Positions 59,901 through 64,000 of a stretch of DNA of 64,000 nt are shown in pieces (the first letter of the stretch is position 1; each line of letters opens with the position of its first letter). The notes under the pieces are model-generated. The model worked only from the letters and a program-made list of their open reading frames with translations, had not been told where the DNA came from and did not search any database. Position numbers and translations under genes: made by a program. Source of the DNA: the human T2T-CHM13v2.0 reference genome, Homo sapiens; NCBI GenBank assembly GCA_009914755.4, contig CP068257.2:20064001-20128000 (forward strand). Direction: 5' to 3'.

Positions 59901-62900
59901 CTCCCCACACACGGTGTGTGAAAAAGAGAACATGAACATTCGCATTCAGCAATTCCAAATATTAAGGGTTGAGTCTAATTTTTAATTACTATTGTAACTT
60001 TTTAGTAACTTACAAAGACACTTCTGATTTATAGTACTGCCAAGAATGACAACATTTAGGGCTGTAAATCACGAGAGAAGAATAACTCCTTTTCTTTGTC
60101 TAGTCTCATGCTAATTCTAATGGATCCAGGGCACAAAATATAGAAATGAAATAATTTCCTCATTAAATATGTCTCCATAAAATGTGAAATGCATAGTAAA
60201 GATGAAAGTTTTCTTTTTTTCATCGTGACTGGTTTCATAAGGTTTAACTTTACTGAAATGTTCTACTTTGGCTATAGGCATGTTAATGTATGAGTGTATT
60301 AATTTCTATGCTTCATAACAAATTATCATACACTTAGTGCCTTAAAACAACACACATTTTGTATTTCAGTTTCTGTATGTCGGAAACCCAACTATAGCTT
60401 AATTGGACCTCACCAGGCTGCAATCCAGGCATTGGTCGTGGCTTTAGTCTCATCAGAGGCTCTGCTGGGATCAGAGTCACCTTCAAGCTCTCTCTGGTTG
60501 TTGGCAGGATCAATCTTCCTGGATTTGTAGGACTGTGATTCCCATTTCCTTGACGGCCATAGCCTGCAGGCCTCTCTTGGCTCCTTTAAGTGCCTGAAGT
60601 TTTTATTTTTTTTATTTGCCACATGAGCCACTTTATAGATCCTCTCACAAATGGAAGCATACTTTCAAATCCAGCAAAGGTGAATTTTCACGTTCAGTCT
60701 GCTAGAATGAAGTCTTACATAATGTAACCACGGGAACCATGGCATAGGCGTTCCATCAACTTTGCCATATTATGTAAGCAAACCATAGGCATGACACGCC
60801 ATTACTGTTGCCGTGTTTGCTATATGCTAATGGTTAGAAACAAGTCACAGTTGCCACCTCCAGCCAAGGGACAGGGGTGGCAGGGAGAACACACAGAGGT
60901 GTGATATACCATGAGGTGGGAATTACTCAGGATCCTCTTGGGGAGGTCTGCCACAGTGAAACATAAAAACAGGTCATGTTGGTTATGTTGAAATATTTTG
61001 GAACCTCCATTCTTGAAGTATTCTGGATCAATATCTAACAGTTTTTTCTAGAATGCATTAATTGAGAAATATTTTTTTAAAATGTCCCAAACAATACATT
61101 CATCAAACTGCTAGGAAAAAAAAATGAGATTATACAACATTTTATTAAAAAGAAACTTAAACTTAACAAGGATTAGTAATCCGGGGGAATTCCAACAGCA
61201 AACAACACAGATAACTCTTTTCCTTTCATAGTCATATTTACATTATTTTATTTCGAACTAGATATTTTCCTTAATATATGTACAGCTTGGTTGCTTGGCT
61301 TGATTTTACATATATATGTATTCATGTATATGTGAATGTGTGCATAACTTTAAATATATATTTTTCAATATCTGAAAGCACTGAAATGGGAACTTTACTG
61401 TTATGATGAATAGATATTTCTATGTTGAAATTTTGACTATCACAAATTTGCATTAAGAATATGTAAATCCAAAACAAGCTATATAATGATCTCAAACATT
61501 GCTTTTTTGCTACATTAAGTTTAATGGCTCAATCTCAAGCTCTCTGTAGGAGGGCAAGTATTTCCACCTCTGCAAGGCTTTGCAGAAAAGAAAATTTTGG
61601 TAGAATGGCCACACTCATATGCATACCTGGCAGCCAAGGGTACATGTGCTATATTCCCTATAACGTAATGTGTCACTTCATAGTGAGAAAATGTCCACAG
61701 AAGAAGATGACCAATGCCCTACCAGGCTTCAAGACAGACAATGATTATGACTAGAATGAGATGATCCTGGAGCTTGTCAGTGGAACCTATGCATCAGTAG
61801 AAATGCTGTCTTGTTAACTATTAGATCTGCAAAACTATAACCAACAAGCTAAAGCTGTTCATGTTCTCCTGTAGAAATGCATCTTTTATGCTGTATTTAC
61901 AATTATTATGCTGTGAGTCAGGATTTCCATCTCACATCCATCACCCAATTGTGTAAATCCTGATTTGGGACAGAATTCCAATATTTATATGAAACATGAA
62001 AATGTGGATCATTTCTCTGTTGTTATGATATTTATCCAATGGCTCTGTTTTGTTCCACTTAGGGAAGCCTATTTAATTAAAAAAATACGTGCTGATTTGT
62101 GCATGATTTTGTCAGGAAGTTATTTGTTGTTATGGCTTTGTATTTTTGCTGTTATGTATGTACTCTCTCGGTACCTGGCTACACAAAATTAATGCTCCTA
62201 ACTTATCCAGATCACTGTGTCTTGGTAAGCTTCTCCCATCCTGTTTCTCTTACTCTTCTGTGCCCATCTTCATATATGAACTAAAACAATCCTCTAATTT
62301 GCTTAATGTCTTTAAAGTGGAGTATGTACCTGAATCAAACAGAATATTTGCAAAACTTGTCACTCATATATTGAGTTTCTACTTTAGTGTCTTAGTGCTT
62401 TCTCGATATGGGAGAATTCATGTCCTCCATTCAGAAGTATGCACTAAGTAAGAGGTATCATGTCTGGTTCTTGATTAGGTACTAATCTTGAAATATTATC
62501 CTACAATAGGTTAGAGCACGTATATCTCCTGATAATATATTGAATATGATAGACTTAAATAATTGATTAACTAAATACTAAAGCAAATTGCTGCACGTAT
62601 CATTTATTATTCATTGTGTAGAAAGTGCCTGACTCAGTGTTTGGAAATTGTCTGACTTTTCCTCATATATAGTGTGGTTTCATGTTATTGTATATAAGAA
62701 CTGACATGAACTCTGTTTACAATAATCTCCCAGTGCCATAAAGACCATAATAAATAATATAACCAATTGGTTTCTTTATGCTGTCATTTATTAGGGCATA
62801 TGGCATTAGTGGAGGATTACCTTGTATTACCCATAGTGCTTAGAGTATGAATCACACATGCACCTTGAAGGAAAAGAGGTGCAATGTAATAAGAAACCAG

Positions 62901-64000
62901 ATATTGAAAATGCAAGTTTTGTTATGTTATTCTGGGTATGTTAACCTTTATTCCTGCCCTCCATATGCACTGTAGCAAAGTCTGCCTATTCATGCTTCAT
63001 CCCACCACTTCACAGCTATTGCTCCATCTGCCTTAGTGATTAAGCTTTATACTACATGAACTAGACTTCCCCTCCATGATCACACCAAAGCATTCAATTC
63101 AATTCACGGGTACTTACAGTCTGCAGAATGGGCTTTGAAAGAGGATAATACCTAAGCACCTCTTGCTTCATAAAAATTTGAATTCAGGCTATGTAACTAT
63201 AGTATAGTATAGACGTTTCTGGAAGATGATTAGTTGCATTAGAATAGAGAAGCTACTATCAATCATGTTTCCCTGAAGTTGGAAGAGCACATTACTCCCT
63301 TTTAGTGTCTGAGTTACATTACATATGTTGAGGACTGTTATAAGTAAGTTGGAGTTAGTTGACTGGGACTCTGCTAAGCAAGAGAATCTTAACAGGTATA
63401 GTTATTTGAGTAAACAAGGATGGGAATAATTTTTAATAACGTAGAATATGAGTTTTCTTTGTATAAAGGTAAAATGCTGAAATATTTCATGCCTGATGGT
63501 CATTACACTGTATGTGATTTATACCAGGAATAAGCTGAGCCTCTTCCCACCATGCCATTTCATATCAGCCATAAATGAGGAAACAAATGAGAAAGTTATT
63601 ATTTGCCGTGTGATTAAGTAGTCAGTCAAATCCATTCTGTCTAACAAGCGATTGATTGCTTTAGAATGGGAGCCAGAATTTATAAGGGTGGGGTGATATA
63701 CTTTGGAGTGTGGGGTATGTAATCAAAATTTTTGTGGTGTATTGCATTTTTCAGTGAAGATCACAACAGTATCTCCATTCCATAAGTTCTTTCTACAGTG
63801 CAACCTGTGATAGGGTCTTTGCCCTCTCCCTTTGAAACTCACTGGCTTTTTGTGACTGCTTCAATATATTACATAAAAATGCCATCATCATCCACTGTGA
63901 TCTTTTGAGATGTTTGCTGTAGAAAAAGAGCCACCACGCTGTGAGAATGTTCAAACAGGCAAAGCAGTGAGACTCCATGGAAAGGATGTATGCATGAATT

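Overview
This is not a prokaryotic window. It is catarrhine-primate nuclear DNA, almost certainly human, from an AT-rich, gene-poor region that is either intergenic or deep intronic. I find no convincing protein-coding exon, rRNA or tRNA gene, CpG island, CRISPR array or operon-like system. What the sequence does support is a mosaic of interspersed and simple repeats.

Interspersed repeats:
- At least 11 Alu SINEs; 10 are antisense on the + strand and several have readable target-site duplications.
- Two adjacent young L1PA-type LINE-1 insertions at 8369-11810. Each carries a 5' inversion (twin-priming architecture), and the second sits in the poly(A) tail of the first.
- Older L1 3'-end fragments near 2.3, 29.3, 36.1 and 40.4 kb.
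- A full-length THE1 (ERVL-MaLR) element at 46899-49869 with LTR-internal-LTR structure and a 5-bp CCTCC target-site duplication. Its 3' LTR carries an Alu-inside-Alu nested insertion.
- A THE1 solo LTR at 39263-39618, and older MaLR LTR pieces at 40130 and 59440.
- A Tigger-like MITE with TA duplications at 27976-28431.

Simple and structured repeats:
- About 1.2 kb of self-complementary TATAC/TATAGTATAC-type arrays at 19281-20642.
- An AT-rich quasi-palindrome at 4583-4848.
- A 23-bp inverted repeat at 31613-31722.
- A ~150-bp local tandem duplication at 44126-44400.
- Many microsatellites.

Every sizeable ORF in the six-frame track is explained by L1 ORF2 fragments or by read-through of Alu, THE1 or simple-repeat sequence. 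The one exception is a 127-aa minus-strand ORF at 42675-43058 that abuts a T30 tract. I flag it only as a low-confidence candidate for a retroposed fragment.

Family names are assigned from remembered consensus motifs, not from a database search. The MaLR sub-family calls in particular should be confirmed with RepeatMasker or Dfam.
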